A stretch of 64,000 nt of DNA from assembly GCF_001194135.2 (NCBI RefSeq), contig NC_068984.1, forward strand, positions 98,595,426 through 98,659,425, read 5' to 3'. Origin of the DNA: Octopus bimaculoides (Eukaryota). The notes beneath the pieces are model-generated. The model ran no database searches. It saw nothing but the letters and a program-made list of their open reading frames with translations, and was not told the origin of the DNA. Shown here in pieces: positions 1 through 12,790 of the stretch. Within the stretch, counting starts at the first letter, position 1; every line of letters begins with the position of its first letter. Made by a program: the position numbers and the translations under genes.

Positions 1-366
1 ATATATATATACATGTGTGTGTGTTTGTGTGTGTGTGTACACACATGCACACACACACACATATACACACAATTTTTTTATTTTTAATTCAAGAGAACAA
101 AATAAGCCATGTTTTATTTTTCTTTGAAACACTAATCAAAGATTATAAAACTCATGAAAAAAATTTAATAAATAAAAAGTGAAATCCAAAATTTCAACGA
201 CTGGTTTTGAAATAGTTGACACTTCTCACTTGTAAGATCTTCTTCAAATTCTTTTCAGTACCTTCCCCACCAATTTTATAAACACACGTCATAAACTTAT
301 TGTGTACTAGGTTTAAAAACAGTAAGATTTTCAGAGAGATTTGAAATTCTGTAGGTGACCAAAAGT

Positions 367-411
367 GTGGTAGACTGACAAAATCGGTGGTAGACTGACA
401 AAATCGGTGGT
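367..411. repeat. 20-bp tandem repeat (GTGGTAGACTGACAAAATCG x2.2)
   Basis: Exact direct copies at 367-386 and 387-406, plus a partial third. Confidence 0.9.
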
Positions 412-499
412 GCAACTAACAAAAATAAAACGGATTGACAAAATTAGTAGAATGACAAATTTGTGGTACATTGATGGAATTGGTTGAGTAATGAACAAA

Positions 500-900
500 A
501 ATGTCATTTTTTCATCTGTCAGCAGACAAGGCACAAATTTTGCAACAATATGATGTGTTTTCAATTCTTTCATTTTAAAATCATGTAATATGGACTTTTA
601 AAGATACCTTTTATGGAAATTTTCCACAGAGTTAGGAGATGATCTTCATAGTTCACAGTATGCACTTTGACAATATGATAGTCATTGGTTGTCATGGAAG
701 GCCTCCCAGATTTGAAATCATCTTCAGTGGATACTCCTCTTGATTTGAAAAGCTGATGCCACTTGGGACATTATGTACAGCTCATGTAATTCTCTCCCTT
801 AGCCTGTCACAACATTACAAAATTTTGTATAAAAGTTTATTTGAATTTGAAACAATTTCATAGAAACAAATCTCTCTTCCAAATCTTTCATTATTTAACT
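500..900 (-). mobile_element. Degenerate mariner transposase N-terminal remnant
   Basis: Minus-strand translation gives QAKGENYMSCT*CPKWHQLFKSRGVSTEDDFKSGRPS and ELKTHHIVAKFVPCLLTDEK. These match the mariner HTH (EDDxRSGRP) and WVPxxLT linker motifs; stops present. Confidence 0.75.
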
Positions 901-2309
901 CTGTAAGTGAAAATACCAAGTGCACTAAACATGCATTCATTTGAACATGTGTAGATCAGTAACTGTTTGATGTAGTGTGATGTGACCATTATTAAATAGA
1001 ACATCAATTCACTCATACTTAAGACTGCAATAATAAGTATACTGTACTAGCTGATTGGCATGGTATTTAAAAGTTTATGTTCACTATAGAAAAACTGTTT
1101 AAATGAGATAGTAATAATGCATCTTTTCGGAAAAGTTTACTGTCAAAAGTATTGTTCACAGAGCATGGTTAACACTTGGTATAATAATTCAGTCTGTCTT
1201 GCTGTAAGCAAGTAATACACAGTAAGTACAACTAACTACAGCAAGACCTAAGACAACAGTATGATTGATAACTATTTTACCAACATTTAATACTAGGTTT
1301 AACTCATCTTCTAGTTGATAACCTTAAAGTCCTTAAGTGTGGCTTTCCAGAAGAAGCTAGAATTTTGCATAAAAATTTTTGCTGATTCCATAATATTGCA
1401 TTTTTTCTAATGTTCTTGAATTCTTGAAAATATTATTAAAATGTCAGCTTATATTTTAATTCTTCACTTCAATAATTATGGTTACATTTTCAACATAAAT
1501 GTAATTACATTTTCCCATATATCTAATAACATTTTTTTAATTACAACTTAGATTATAAAGGCTGAGTCATTAGAGTATTGGATAGAATACCTTGTGGTAT
1601 TTGATCTGGCTCTCTGAGTTCAAGTCAACTTTGCTTTTTATCTTTTAGGGGATTGAAGATGAAACATTTAGAGGATTGTGTAGTATCTGTCATAACTCTT
1701 TGCATTCTGACAGCAATGTCTGTGATGGCATTATGCCAAGCTGTATTGGTCTTAAACTGTCCCCATTTAACTGACATTCATATATAATAACTGGTATTCA
1801 CCAATGTATCAGTGTTTATTGGTGTTTACAAGTGTTCAATAATGTTCCATATCATTTGGTGTTATTCTCTGGTTTTCCCTGATTCTCATTGATGTTCACT
1901 AGATGTAACTATTGTTCACTGGATTTAATTAGTGTTCACTGATGATCACCATTATTTCTTAGTAATTATTGGTATTTATTTATTTCATGCATAGGTCATC
2001 AGTGTGACATTTAACAAGTGTTTACTCACATTGATGAGCACATGATTTTCAAAGAGAAACAAAATTTGCACACAAGGTAATTTCAGTGTACATCCACAGC
2101 AAACTTTTATCAGAAACATTGGTCATAGATATAGAAAAAATAAAGTAGTATTGGTTGTAATTTCTTTGACTACAGAACTCCTCAACAAAGGCTGACTTGG
2201 TAACATCTAATATGCTTCTGTTAATTATTGTAGATACCTCATAGTTGTATGAATGCATAAACATATTCTCAACTGCTGCATCTAGTGGCACATCTAGGAA
2301 GTATGAACT

Positions 2310-2362
2310 GGAGAGGGAAGGAGAGAGAGAGGGAGAGAGAGAGGGAGAAGAGACGGAGAAGG

Positions 2363-2412
<50 letters not shown>
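2310..2412. repeat. (GA)n/(GGA)-rich microsatellite
   Basis: Seen directly; source of the spurious ERER and SLSL ORFs. Confidence 0.95.
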
Positions 2413-2414
<2 letters not shown>

Positions 2415-3419
2415 ACTGCACCAGCATTGAGCTAGCACTCATTTACAGCTGAACAGACTGAAGCCATGCCAAATAAAGTACCTTGCTTAAGAACACAACA
2501 CATTACCTGTTCTTGGAATTGAACCTGTGAACTTATGATCATTATCCAAACATGCTAACTACTAGGTCACAAACTTTCATTCCAAACAACAACAACAAAA
2601 GTAACTCAGTGAATGGTGTATTGTACTGATGAAATTATATGTTGTTGTTGTTATAGTTATTTAACCGTTGGTCACTTCTGATTCTCCAGGCCTAAGGTGA
2701 AAGACATTCTAAACATTACTACCCTAAGCATTTGTTTACCAATGTCTACATTGTCCAACATATCCTTTATTTAAAAAAGTAGTATGTGATTTGAAGAGGA
2801 ATCTGGCTACCATTTCTAGCTGATTAAGTGACCAAATAGAGACTTTCTGATTGTTGATGGTATTCAGTTTGTGACCAAACCAGGCCATGAAAACTCATGG
2901 TCAAAGACATTCCAGCCATGGTTAACCCAACTGTATATCAGGGACTATTACTATTCAATGTGTCTTTATTTAAGAGGTTACTATGTCATTTGACAGTAAT
3001 TTGGTTGCTATTTTTAATGTCTTCTGGCTATGTAGTGGCTGCTTCATTACTTTATTGTTTCTAATATGTGAGACAATTAAAATAATTAATAAACAAGTCT
3101 TAGATATAAGATACCACCACCACCACCACCACATTAATTAGACTTCTACCTGATGACGCTTTGTTCTCCTTGCTTTTAGCTCAGTTTTTTTTTCTCTTAA
3201 TGATTTACTTGAAGACATTTTTTTAATTAACTTTTGAACTAGACATTTCACATCTACAATCTTACATTGTCCCACTTTTCTTATTCACACTCATAAAAAC
3301 AATATATATATATATGTATAAATGTGTGTATGTGTAATTGTACATATATATGCATATATCTATATACACATATGTATATGCATGCATATATGTGTATTTG
3401 TGTGTGTGTGTGTGTGTGG

Positions 3420-3546
<127 letters not shown>

Positions 3547-5408
3547 ACCATCTATGTATTACATTTAATGTAACCATATCACTGAAAGGTAAAATTTACT
3601 GTGATATTTGGTTAGAGATAACATCCTTTATGGACATGCTGCATTTAAAAACACAATATATATATTGGAAGGAAACAAAAATCAACTCTGTAATAGCTAG
3701 CAAGAATGCTAGATAAATTTAAGCCTTGTTGAACTTTGTCAATGGCACCTACTTGCAGTCAACCACATGCTTAGCCAAGATTTGTTGTCTCCTATATATA
3801 GGGAACAGTGAAAAACATTCAATAGCATTGTGAATGGCTGGCCAGTTGAATAAGAGCATGTAATTGGCTGTGTGTATGCACCATTGACAAGGCTCATTGA
3901 AGCTGAAATGCATCTACCATTCTCCCTAGCCACTACTGGGACAATTTTCGTTTCCCTCTGAGGTATATTGTGTTTTTAAACACGACACTCCACAAGACTT
4001 GTTATCTTCAGATGAATACCATATTAAATATCCTTTTCAGCAATGTATTTACATTAAGTGTGATACATAGCTATCTGAAGTTAATAGTGTTTCTGTTACA
4101 TATAATGGATGTGTGTGAGTATCAATATGCATGCATATATCTGTTTACATATCTATGTATATATATACACACACATATATGCATGTATAATGTATATGCA
4201 TAGCAAACTGGTCAAATATATCCCAAACACATTTGAACTTACCTAAAAGTTCATCTATTTCACATCACTACATAATGTGCCAACCATGGATTTTGTTCCA
4301 GTCTGGTGGCCACAGTATGCAGTTAGTCAGAAATGATCCCTCCCACACACACAAATGTACAAATACACACACATAGAGATAGATATACATGTATGCATAA
4401 TACATAATATATACATAAACTGCACTTTTTCACTCCAAGTTTCTTGTCTCAAGTACTTTAACAAAAGTTGGAGAAAGAAACAAAAAAATAATGATAAAGA
4501 ATAATTTGATCAGAGGCATGCATAAAGATAGAATCATGTAAATGAAAAATAGATTAATAAAAATTAAAACAACATTAAGAAATGGCATGATTTAATCATA
4601 TAAACTGCAACTGTAATAGACTAAAATTATCCATACCACCATCATTCATGGGCAAATATTACAAAGATACAGTGTTAAAGAAACAAATGAATCAGTGTAA
4701 CAAGAAAAGAAAGAACACACACACACACACACAAAGAATATTTTGAAGTGTTAGAAACTTTTGGTTGAAATATTATGGTGGATCTTTTAGTTGAAAATTA
4801 AATAGATTTCTTGCTTTATGCAAATAGCTTCAAAGAATATCATTTCTTGAATTTAAGCTGCCTTTGTTTTGTGGTAATATTGTATTTATTTTAGCTAGGA
4901 AAAGATATCTGAACCTATTTTTGTTGTTAGCATACTTGTAAGCAAGTGCGAAAGCAATAACAGATCAAATTATGTTAAAGATGTCACAGATTTTCCTGAA
5001 ACTTCAAATATATTTGCAAAGACCAGTCAGAACTCTTTGGATTGTCTAATACATGTATGCTCTATTAATATCTCATCTTAAATTGATTTTCTATCACACC
5101 AATGTAGGATTCTGGTTGAAAAGCTATCATTCAGTTCTACTTTGGTACAGTATAGTATAGAAATGGTTAGGAAGTTTCTGTTAAGTGGGCAGTTACAAGA
5201 GTTTATATTATTACAAGTGTACAAGTGTGTTCAGTGATGGTATTGTCATTGTTTCATTGATGTTTTGCATGAATGGAATTGTCAGAACTGGCACAATCTT
5301 TGCAACAAGAGTAGGAAATTTTAACAGAATTTCTACTAAAGATTTTATAATACTGATATTCTCTGATAAAATGATGTGAGACAAATTCTTGCATGTATTT
5401 GTACAAAT

Positions 5409-5441
<33 letters not shown>

Positions 5442-5461
5442 CGCACACACACACACACACA

Positions 5462-5508
<47 letters not shown>
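5409..5508. repeat. (AC)n abutting (GT)n fold-back microsatellite
   Basis: (AC)n 5409-5464 joins (GT)n 5465-5508 directly at ACAC|GTGT. Confidence 0.9.
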
Positions 5509-5511
<3 letters not shown>

Positions 5512-5641
5512 AACTTGGATCATACCACAGAATTTTCTTGTTTCTATTTTTATGCTTGAAAGCTGAAATTCTAAGTATTCTATCCTATCTGAAAATTCAC
5601 TCTGGCTAAATGCTTCTTTATAGAATCAAAAAGCCTTTGTA

Positions 5642-5711
5642 AAAGTATTTCCATCTGAAGATCAGGATGATATACATTTACTAATAATGAAAATTAAATT
5701 ATGGAGAATAT
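5642..5711 (+). ncRNA. Decayed type I hammerhead ribozyme-like motif
   Basis: TATTTCCAT-CTGAAGA-T...T-GAAA-ATTAAAT-T-ATGGAGAATA. Core intact, helix I of about 7-10 bp, helix III one substitution from the palindrome AATTAATT, helix II not pairable. Confidence 0.4.
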
Positions 5712-6156
5712 TAAGGGGATGCTTAGAACTCTTATTAATATAAAATAATTTTTCATCAAGCTTATAAGACAAAAATTTATTAGCATATAAATCTAATATC
5801 ATGTCTAGAAAATTAATTTTTTTAAAGGTTTCTCTTGATAGTAATAGTTAGATTTAAAAATAAAATAAAATGGAATAAACTTTATTTATTTTATTTTTAT
5901 AAAATATATATGTTTTCTAAATCTATTTCCATCTTGCTTGTTCCCATTTCATGTAATAAATAATCTTTCATCATGATGAATCTCATTTCCCAACATCAGG
6001 AACCCTTTACATAACAAATCTAAAGAATATAACCAACAGCTTCACACATGTCCACCTCATATTCAAAAATATATAATGCTTGCTCAACCCATTCAAGCAT
6101 AGAAAAGAAAAACAGACATAAAATGATGATGCTATTACACAACTGTATATGTAGTA

Positions 6157-6280
6157 GGTGCAGGGATAGCTGTGTGGTAAGAAGTTTGCTTCCCAACCAC
6201 ATGGTTTCAGGTTCAGTTTCACTTCGGGTGAATGCGTTCCATGTAACCTTGGGCTGACCAAATATTTGCCTGTTGTACAT
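6157..6280 (+). mobile_element. tRNA-derived SINE family A head (truncated, interrupted by mariner derivative)
   Basis: GCTGTGTGGTAAGAAGTTTGCTTCCCAACCACATGGTTTCAGGTTCAG matches many other copies in the window. Confidence 0.8.
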
Positions 6281-6283
6281 ACA

Positions 6284-7031
6284 CAAGGTGCATTCAAAAG
6301 GTATCTGATTTTATTTTTCCCACCAAAACTAATGCCACATGGACAAAATCCTTTGGGTAGGAGATGATGTCACCTTTCCAATGTATGTGTCAAAATTTTC
6401 CAGCCAGTAGGCCATATCAATTCCCAGTTGATATGTCTAAAGTATGTTCTTCATGAAGTTTGGGTCATGGTTTGCAGAGCCCAGTATGTCCTGAGTGATT
6501 TCTCTGCAGAGTTACTTCTGCTGCCCCACCAGTACCTTAGGGGTGAAGTTTACCAAGACTATCTGGGTGTACAAACCTTCCGTTAAAACGGAATGCACAG
6601 ATCCTGTGCTTATTCCTACTTTATGAGCAATTTCTCGGATTGTTACACAATGGTCTTCCATGACTGTTCACTGAACCTTCTCAATTGGCTCATTGCTTTG
6701 ACTTGTTGTGGCCATGCTTAAAGTGGTTGTACCACTCCTTGATCTGAGTTTTGCTCATGGCATAATCACCAAAGGTCTGTTGAATCTTCTGGATGGTTTG
6801 AGCTTGAGTATCATCAAGCTTTTGACAAAACTTGATGCAATGTCTCTGCTTGATGCTTTTTGGCGAAAACGAAAATCCCACAAGTATGCATTACACATCA
6901 GTACTCTAGGCATAACAGCTGGGAACTGATGTGGCCTACTGGTGCATCACTTCTCACCCAAAGGATTTTGCCTACACAGCATTAGTTTTAGTGGGAAAAA
7001 ATAAAACGGGATACTTTTTGAATGTACCTCA
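6284..7031 (-). mobile_element. Internally deleted mariner element with long imperfect TIRs
   Basis: Ends CAAGGTGCATTCAAAAGGTATC.../...GATACTTTTTGAATGTACCTCA-TA are inverted, with similarity extending over 100 bp. ORF 6690-6881(-) RHCIKFCQKLDDTQAQTIQKIQQTFGDYAMSKTQIKEWYNHFKHG is a mariner N-terminus. Confidence 0.85.
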
Positions 7032-7043
7032 TACATATGTGTG

Positions 7044-7081
<38 letters not shown>

Positions 7082-7089
7082 TGCATGTA

Positions 7090-7500
7090 CACATACATGC
7101 ATGTGTTAGAACTGCAATACTGTATGGTAGTGAGACCTGGGCTTTGAATGCAATGGATCTGAGAAGTCTGAAAGAAACGAAGCAAACATACTCTGCTGGA
7201 TGTGCAATGTGAGTGTGCATGAAAGTATTAGTACAAAGGTGTTCAATGAAAAACTGGGCATAAGAAGAATCAGTTGCCATGTACAAAAAAGACGATTGCA
7301 TTGGTACAGGCATGTGATGTGTATGGATGAGGACAGTTGTATAAAAAAAGTGCTGATTGCTGAATGTGAGTGGATGAGGGAGACCAGGGAAACAGGGATG
7401 AAGTGTTTAAGGTTGATCTCAGGATGCTGAGTCTGGTGAAGGAGATGACAAAGGACCAGGACCTCTGGCAATATGAAGTTCTTGAAAAGACCCATGCTTT
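7090..7500 (+). mobile_element. RTE-clade LINE ORF 3' remnant
   Basis: CVRTAILYGSETWAL, MCNVSVH, EKLGIRRISCHVQKRRLHWYRHV motifs; frameshifted. Confidence 0.85.
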
Positions 7501-7939
7501 CCATCCACATTACAGTGACTCAGTCCTACTCCCATGCAGGAGACCCCTGTCTTCTTCAGGGTATCACTCATGTCATCCTGTCTCTTCCCCTCCTAACCTC
7601 AGCAACTGTATCATCCTTACTACTGCTGCTTTCCCCCACCACTTTCTTTAGTCTCTGTTCATCTCCCCCAACTCATGGCTCCTTGTTCATCTGTCCTTCA
7701 TCCCTACTCATTCTGCTTCCACCCCCATCCTCCATCCCCTCATTCTCCTCATACAATCTTGCAAACTGATTCTTCAGCTCACCCTGTGTCTTGTTGGGCC
7801 TTCTAAGCCCTATATCACCATTATCTCTTGCAGTTCCTTTTGTTCATTTTCTCTTTCTCTCCTCTTCCCCTACAAGATATGTGTAGCCATGCGGGTTCTC
7901 TACAATAACCTACATTGCCCCCACTTCTCAAAGTTCTAT

Positions 7940-8075
7940 CAGGATAGCCTCTTTCCTGAACGTGAAATTGAATATACATGACACACGAACTCCACATACA
8001 GAAGAAATATGCACCCTTAATGAACTACCTTAGCACATAAGCAAAAGAACATCACATACACCCAGAATATAATAT
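7940..8075. repeat. Unclassified dispersed repeat, copy 1 (copy 2 at about 49973-50110)
   Basis: CAGGATAG..CCTGAACGTGAAATTGAATATA..ACATACACCCAGAATATAAT shared by both loci in the same orientation. Confidence 0.75.
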
Positions 8076-8422
8076 AATGCAAACAAACTTACCATACAAC
8101 TGTTTACCCAAAAGTAAAATCCAAGTGAGATAATTACTCAAAAGATATCATCTAAGAGTAGTGGTCCTTGATTTATTGTTTTCTTTACGAGAACCTCCAC
8201 GAATTCAATGAGACTTGTGTTAATCCAAAATGAAGATGAACACCATTCCTCCATGTGATCAGCTTGAAAATTGGTAAGATATTAAGATATTTTCCTATTT
8301 TTCTTAACATGAAGCCAATAGTAGCGTTAATTCACAAATAAAGAAATTCTATCCACCAATGCAGTGTTGTGCACGCATTTTCATTGTTCCACATTTATGA
8401 GTGAAAATGATTATGTATATGG

Positions 8423-8740
8423 ATGTGTAATGTCAGTGTACATACTCAACAGAGTGTAAGTACCTTGAGAGAAAAGTTGAACCTAAGAAGTATCAGTTGT
8501 GGTGTGCAAGAGAGACGATTGCGCTGGTATGGTCATGTGGCAAGAATGGATGAGGATAGCTGTGTGAAAAAGTGTCACACCCTAGCGGTTGAGGGAACCA
8601 GTGGAAGAGGTAGACTCAGGAAGACCTGGGATGAGGTGGTGAAGCACAACCTTCGAACATTAGGCCTCATCGAGGCAATGACTTGTGACCGAGATCTTTG
8701 GAAATATGCTGTGCGTGAGAAGACCCGACAAGCCAAGTGA
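8423..8740 (+). pseudogene. RTE LINE ORF C-terminal fragment (5'-truncated)
   Basis: RRLRWYGHVARMDEDSCVKKCHTLAVEGTSGRGRLRKTWDEVV is the typical RTE C-terminus. Confidence 0.9.
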
Positions 8741-9417
8741 GAGCATAATCCGAGGCCTCTGCTAGGGGTGTAGCCATCCCACTGATGCATACCTTTCCTT
8801 CATTGGATGCTAAACTCTGCTTGCGAAGACCTTTGAGGCAAGTGAAATCGAAATCGAAACANNNNNNNNNNAGACCTTTGAGGCAAGTGAAATCGAAATC
8901 GAAACAAATTCGACGAATGGCACCCATGCCAACCTTCCTTCATTAGACACTTAACTTGGCTTGCGAAGACCTGTTGGGGCAACTGTACCAGTGGAGCACT
9001 AAGAGCACCGTCCAAGCATGATCATTGCCAGAGCAGCTGTCTGACTTCTGTGCCAGTGGCACGTAAATAGCACCATTTGAGCGTGATCGTTACCAGTGTT
9101 GCCTTACTGGCATGTGAAAAAATTATTTGAGCGAGGTCGTTGCCAGTGCCGCTGGACTGGGTCCTGTGCAGGTGGCACATAAAATACACCATTTTGAGCA
9201 TGGCCATTGCCAGTACCGCCAGACTCGCCTTCGTGCTGGTGGAATGTAAAAGCACCCACTACACTCTCGGAGTGGTTGGCGTTAGGAAGGGCATCCAGCT
9301 GTAGAAACTCTGCCAAATCAGATTGGAGCCTGGGGTAGCCATCTGGTTCGCCAGTCCTCAGTCAAATCGTCCAACCCATGATAGCATGGAAAGTGGACAT
9401 TAAATGATGATGATGAT
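8741..9417 (+). mobile_element. RTE LINE 3' UTR and tail ending in (GAT)n
   Basis: Follows the RTE stop codon; ends CAACCCATG..AGCATGGAAAGTGGACATTAAATGATGATGAT. Near-identical reverse copy at 59045-59398. Confidence 0.8.
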
Positions 9418-9799
9418 AGATAGAAAGATAGATAGATAAGTAGAAGGTTGTTTATTATAGCTGGAAAGAGAGGAGCCATTGGTTTCACATCTATAAAATG
9501 CTTAGCTGTATAGGTGACTTATCAGATGCAGATGTCCAGTGGCACATAAACTTCCTAAAACTGGAGGTAGGAAAACATCATGGTCAGTTAATTTTGTAAA
9601 CAAAAAATATTGGAACAAAACTCTATTTGTGAAACCTTGGGTGTTGCAGAGTTATCTCTCTTAGATCAGTTCCACTTATGTCTACAATAGGCCTGCCAAA
9701 GATGTCTGAAGGTGGCAGCAGTTACTTAGTCAACAAATGAGGAATTCCATGTTTTCAACATGAATTTCTTCTGATGAAGGCACTGACTGAATATCTCTG

Positions 9800-10085
9800 T
9801 TTTTGAATTTAAGAAGGTTCCCGGTTGAAGTGAGATTTTCATGTTTCTTGCTCTTTCAGCCAAGTAAAGCTTACATCATTTGTTGCCATTGTGATATGGC
9901 CCTGGTTCTAGGAGCTCCATTAAATGATGTATGGCATACCCTCTCTTTTAAACACCATACATAGCTGGCAAATAATGTGATGTTGCGCTTCTCTGGTATC
10001 CAAGAGGAGGACTTGTGATTGCCAAAGCAACGTTTGAATGGGCCACTTGTAGATCCAACATATTTCTGTGTCTGTACCCTTGTGT
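9800..10085 (-). mobile_element. Penelope-like element GIY-YIG endonuclease remnant
   Basis: QKYVGSTSGPFKRCFGNHKSS...TLFASYVWCLKE, then GPYHNGNK*CKLYLAE in a shifted frame; resembles the PLE GIY-YIG pattern YIGxTxxxFKxRxxNHKSSF...PYxNGxKxCxLCLxE. Confidence 0.8.
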
Positions 10086-10684
10086 TGTTGTTGTTGTAGT
10101 TACATGTGTGTGTGTGTGTGTGTGTGTGCGCACGTGTGTGTGTGTGTACATGCCCTGAATGTGCTTGTGTTGAAAACATTCTCATGGAAGAGTAGATTAT
10201 GGTAGTACAGAATTGACTACATTTTCCTGGAGGTCTGGATTTTAGCAGCACTGGATCTATGAGCACTCAATATTGAATTAAGGCTTACTTCCACCAGCCT
10301 GAATAGCTGACTATGCTTGCACCATGCCCAGAACATTCTAGTTATTTGCATGTGGATATGTCCTTTTCTGCAAATGCACTGTGCATTCCTTACAGTTCTT
10401 GACTGGTCAGATTTATTGAATTATTGGACTGAATAGACCTTCATAATATATATATAAATATATATATATATATTGCTCACTTATGGGTAATATCATTTAT
10501 GCAGTGTAGACCTTCTTCTGAGCATGTGTGTACGTGTATTTCTCTGCATGTTTGTATATATGTGGTGTGTGTGGGACATATATGTGTATCGGACATATGC
10601 ATGTATGCGTGTGTGTTTATGTGTGTACTGGTGTGTGTGTTTATGTGTGTATACTGGTGTGTGTGTGTTTATTTAAGTCTATAA

Positions 10685-11010
10685 ATGTGCATGGTGAAGT
10701 CATGTGATTTAGTTGTAATGGTATTCAGCTCACAATTGTAAGGACGTGAGTTCAGTACCAGCAGCACATTATGTCCTTGAGCAAGACACTTTACTTCATG
10801 TTGTTCCAACCCACTCAGCTGACAAAATGTGTTGTACCTGTATTTCGAAGGGTCAGCCTTGTCACTTTCTGTGTCACACTGAATCTCCTGAGAACCGTGT
10901 TAAAGGTATGCATGTCTGTGGAGTGCTTAGCTTCTTGCATGTTAATTTCTTGAGTAGGCTGTTCTGTTGATTGGATCAAATGGAACTCTGATCATTGTAA
11001 CCTATGGAGT
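10685..11010 (+). mobile_element. tRNA-derived SINE family C
   Basis: Core GTTGTACCTGTATTTCGAAGGGTCAGCCTTGTCAC...GATTGGATCAAATGGAAC shared with 14335-14655(-) and 63577-63955(+). Confidence 0.8.
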
Positions 11011-11454
11011 TCCAGATGTGTGTATGTATGTATTTATGTGTGTTTTTATGATTAGTCTTTCTTTGTCTGCGGTCTGCGCTTTTACCATTTAACTTGCCAA
11101 TCGACAAGCCACACGCTGTTAAAACCTTGATTTATGATTGGAACTGTAATTGACTCTAAGCTATCAATATTGACATTAGTATTATTGTTGTTATGGATGT
11201 GTTTTTATTTATCATAAATACTTGGGTTTGCATAGAGTGACCTGGAACATCTATGGTTACATCTATGGTTCCAGGCTAAATTGGGTAACTGGCAAGGCTG
11301 TTGATTATTTGAATACTGGAAATACATATTGAGCCTTTAACACCAGTCATCATATTTACTATTTACTGCAGAATACATAAGAGGTGAATTGCAAGATTTT
11401 ATAATGTTTCTAAAACTGTTGTGTAATTATGATTGATACTAAAACACAAGTTGG

Positions 11455-11700
11455 GTGCAGGCATGACTGTGTGGTAAGAAGCTTGCTTCAACCATATGGT
11501 TACAAGTTCAGTCCTACTGCATAACACCTTGGGTACATGTCTTCTATAACCAAGGGCCAATCAAAGCATTATAAACGGATTTGGTAGACAGAAACTGTAT
11601 ATATCTGTTTGTGTGTCTTTGTGTCTGTCTTTGTCCCCTCTACCACTACCACTTCACAACCAATGCTGGTGTGTTTATATACACATAACTTTGTGGTTTA
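11455..11700 (+). mobile_element. SINE family A
   Basis: GGTGCAGGCATGACTGTGTGGTAAGAAGCTTGCTT head followed by the family body. Confidence 0.8.
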
Positions 11701-12639
11701 GCAAAATTTAGCAAATTCACTCACAAAGCTTGAGTTGGCTCAGGTCTATAATGTCAGACAATGAGACTGAACCTGATACCACATGGTTGGGAAGCAAGCT
11801 TCTCATCCACACATCCACAGTATATAGGTTTGGTAGAATGAACATAAGTATATAAATATTTCTTATTTTCAATTGGCAGAAATTACAAACGTGACTTGAA
11901 GGCTAACAGGTGCCATGTTTGATAAGTGTCATGTGCAATGCTCTCAACCCTTTGACCACTTTTTAACTTCTGCAGATTGATAATAAAATGATATACAGAC
12001 GTGCACGTGCATGCGTGCACGTGTGTGTGAGTGTGTGCATGTGTGTGAGTGTGTGTGTGTGTGTGTGTGATGCGTGTGTGTACATGTACTCAAAACTAAA
12101 ACATTGCTTGATTGATGAGGTATAAACATAATAGGGAAATATATTTTTGTGGTAATCTTCCTGCCTACTATATAGTGGGACCAACATGTACAAATATACA
12201 GAAGATGAGACTGTGGAGGTTTGGAAACATTGGTGATTTATTTAGGAAATTTAGTATTCTATACATGACAATTTTTAATTAACTAAGTAACAAACATATT
12301 TTTTAAAGCTATCAATCCAATTTATTGCTTCTATTTCACACTATTTTACACTTCCAAGAAGACAATTTAACCAATCTTTCCTATAACAACTCTGCCTCCC
12401 TTTTTTTTCCTTTACTGCTGAAATTTCTTATTTTCCTTATTATTATCACTGTTATTTTTGTTGTTGATGTAGGATAACCTTTCCACCTTGTAGACTTGTC
12501 TTTGAACACTTTAGTTTGCAACACATGTGGCCTTTGGAGAGGTTTTTTTATCTTCTTAAAATTCTTAGATTATAAGTTTGTAAACTCTATTCCAGTGATA
12601 AAAACATCTTTTGATATCAACATCTACACTTCATCCATC

Positions 12640-12790
12640 TTCACATTTTGAGTTCAAATTCCATCGAGGTCAGCTTTGCCTTTCATCTTTCCAGGATAGA
12701 TAAAATAAGTACCAGTTGAGCACTGGGGTTGACGTAATCAACTTATCCCATCCCCGAAATTGCTGGCCTTCTGCAAAAATTTGAAATTGA
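12640..12790 (+). mobile_element. SINE family B (possibly Meta-domain type), partial
   Basis: GAGTTCAAATTCC..GAGGTCAGCTTTGCCTTTCATCTTTCCAGGATAGATAAAATAAGTACCAG. The domain assignment is inference. Confidence 0.75.

Noticed and set aside
1790-2040. Degenerate GTGTTCACTG-like minisatellite (similar tracts at 13430-13870 and 22480-22640)
   Set aside because: Decayed simple repeats with no constant repeat or unique spacer structure; not CRISPR-like.
4899-5054. 156-bp phase 0-0 open segment between AG and GT (EKISEPIFVVS...DCLIH)
   Set aside because: Weak splice sites, no homology recognised, and not the coiled-coil neck expected before the kinesin exon.
8827-8906. 35-bp direct duplication AGACCTTTGAGGCAAGTGAAATCGAAATCGAAACA
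   Set aside because: The copies flank a 10-N gap exactly; this is most likely an unmerged contig overlap.
9762-9820. CTGATGAAGGC..GAATA hammerhead-like motif next to the PLE GIY-YIG fragment
   Set aside because: GAAA is broken, helices II and III are unconvincing, and it is opposite in orientation to the ORF.
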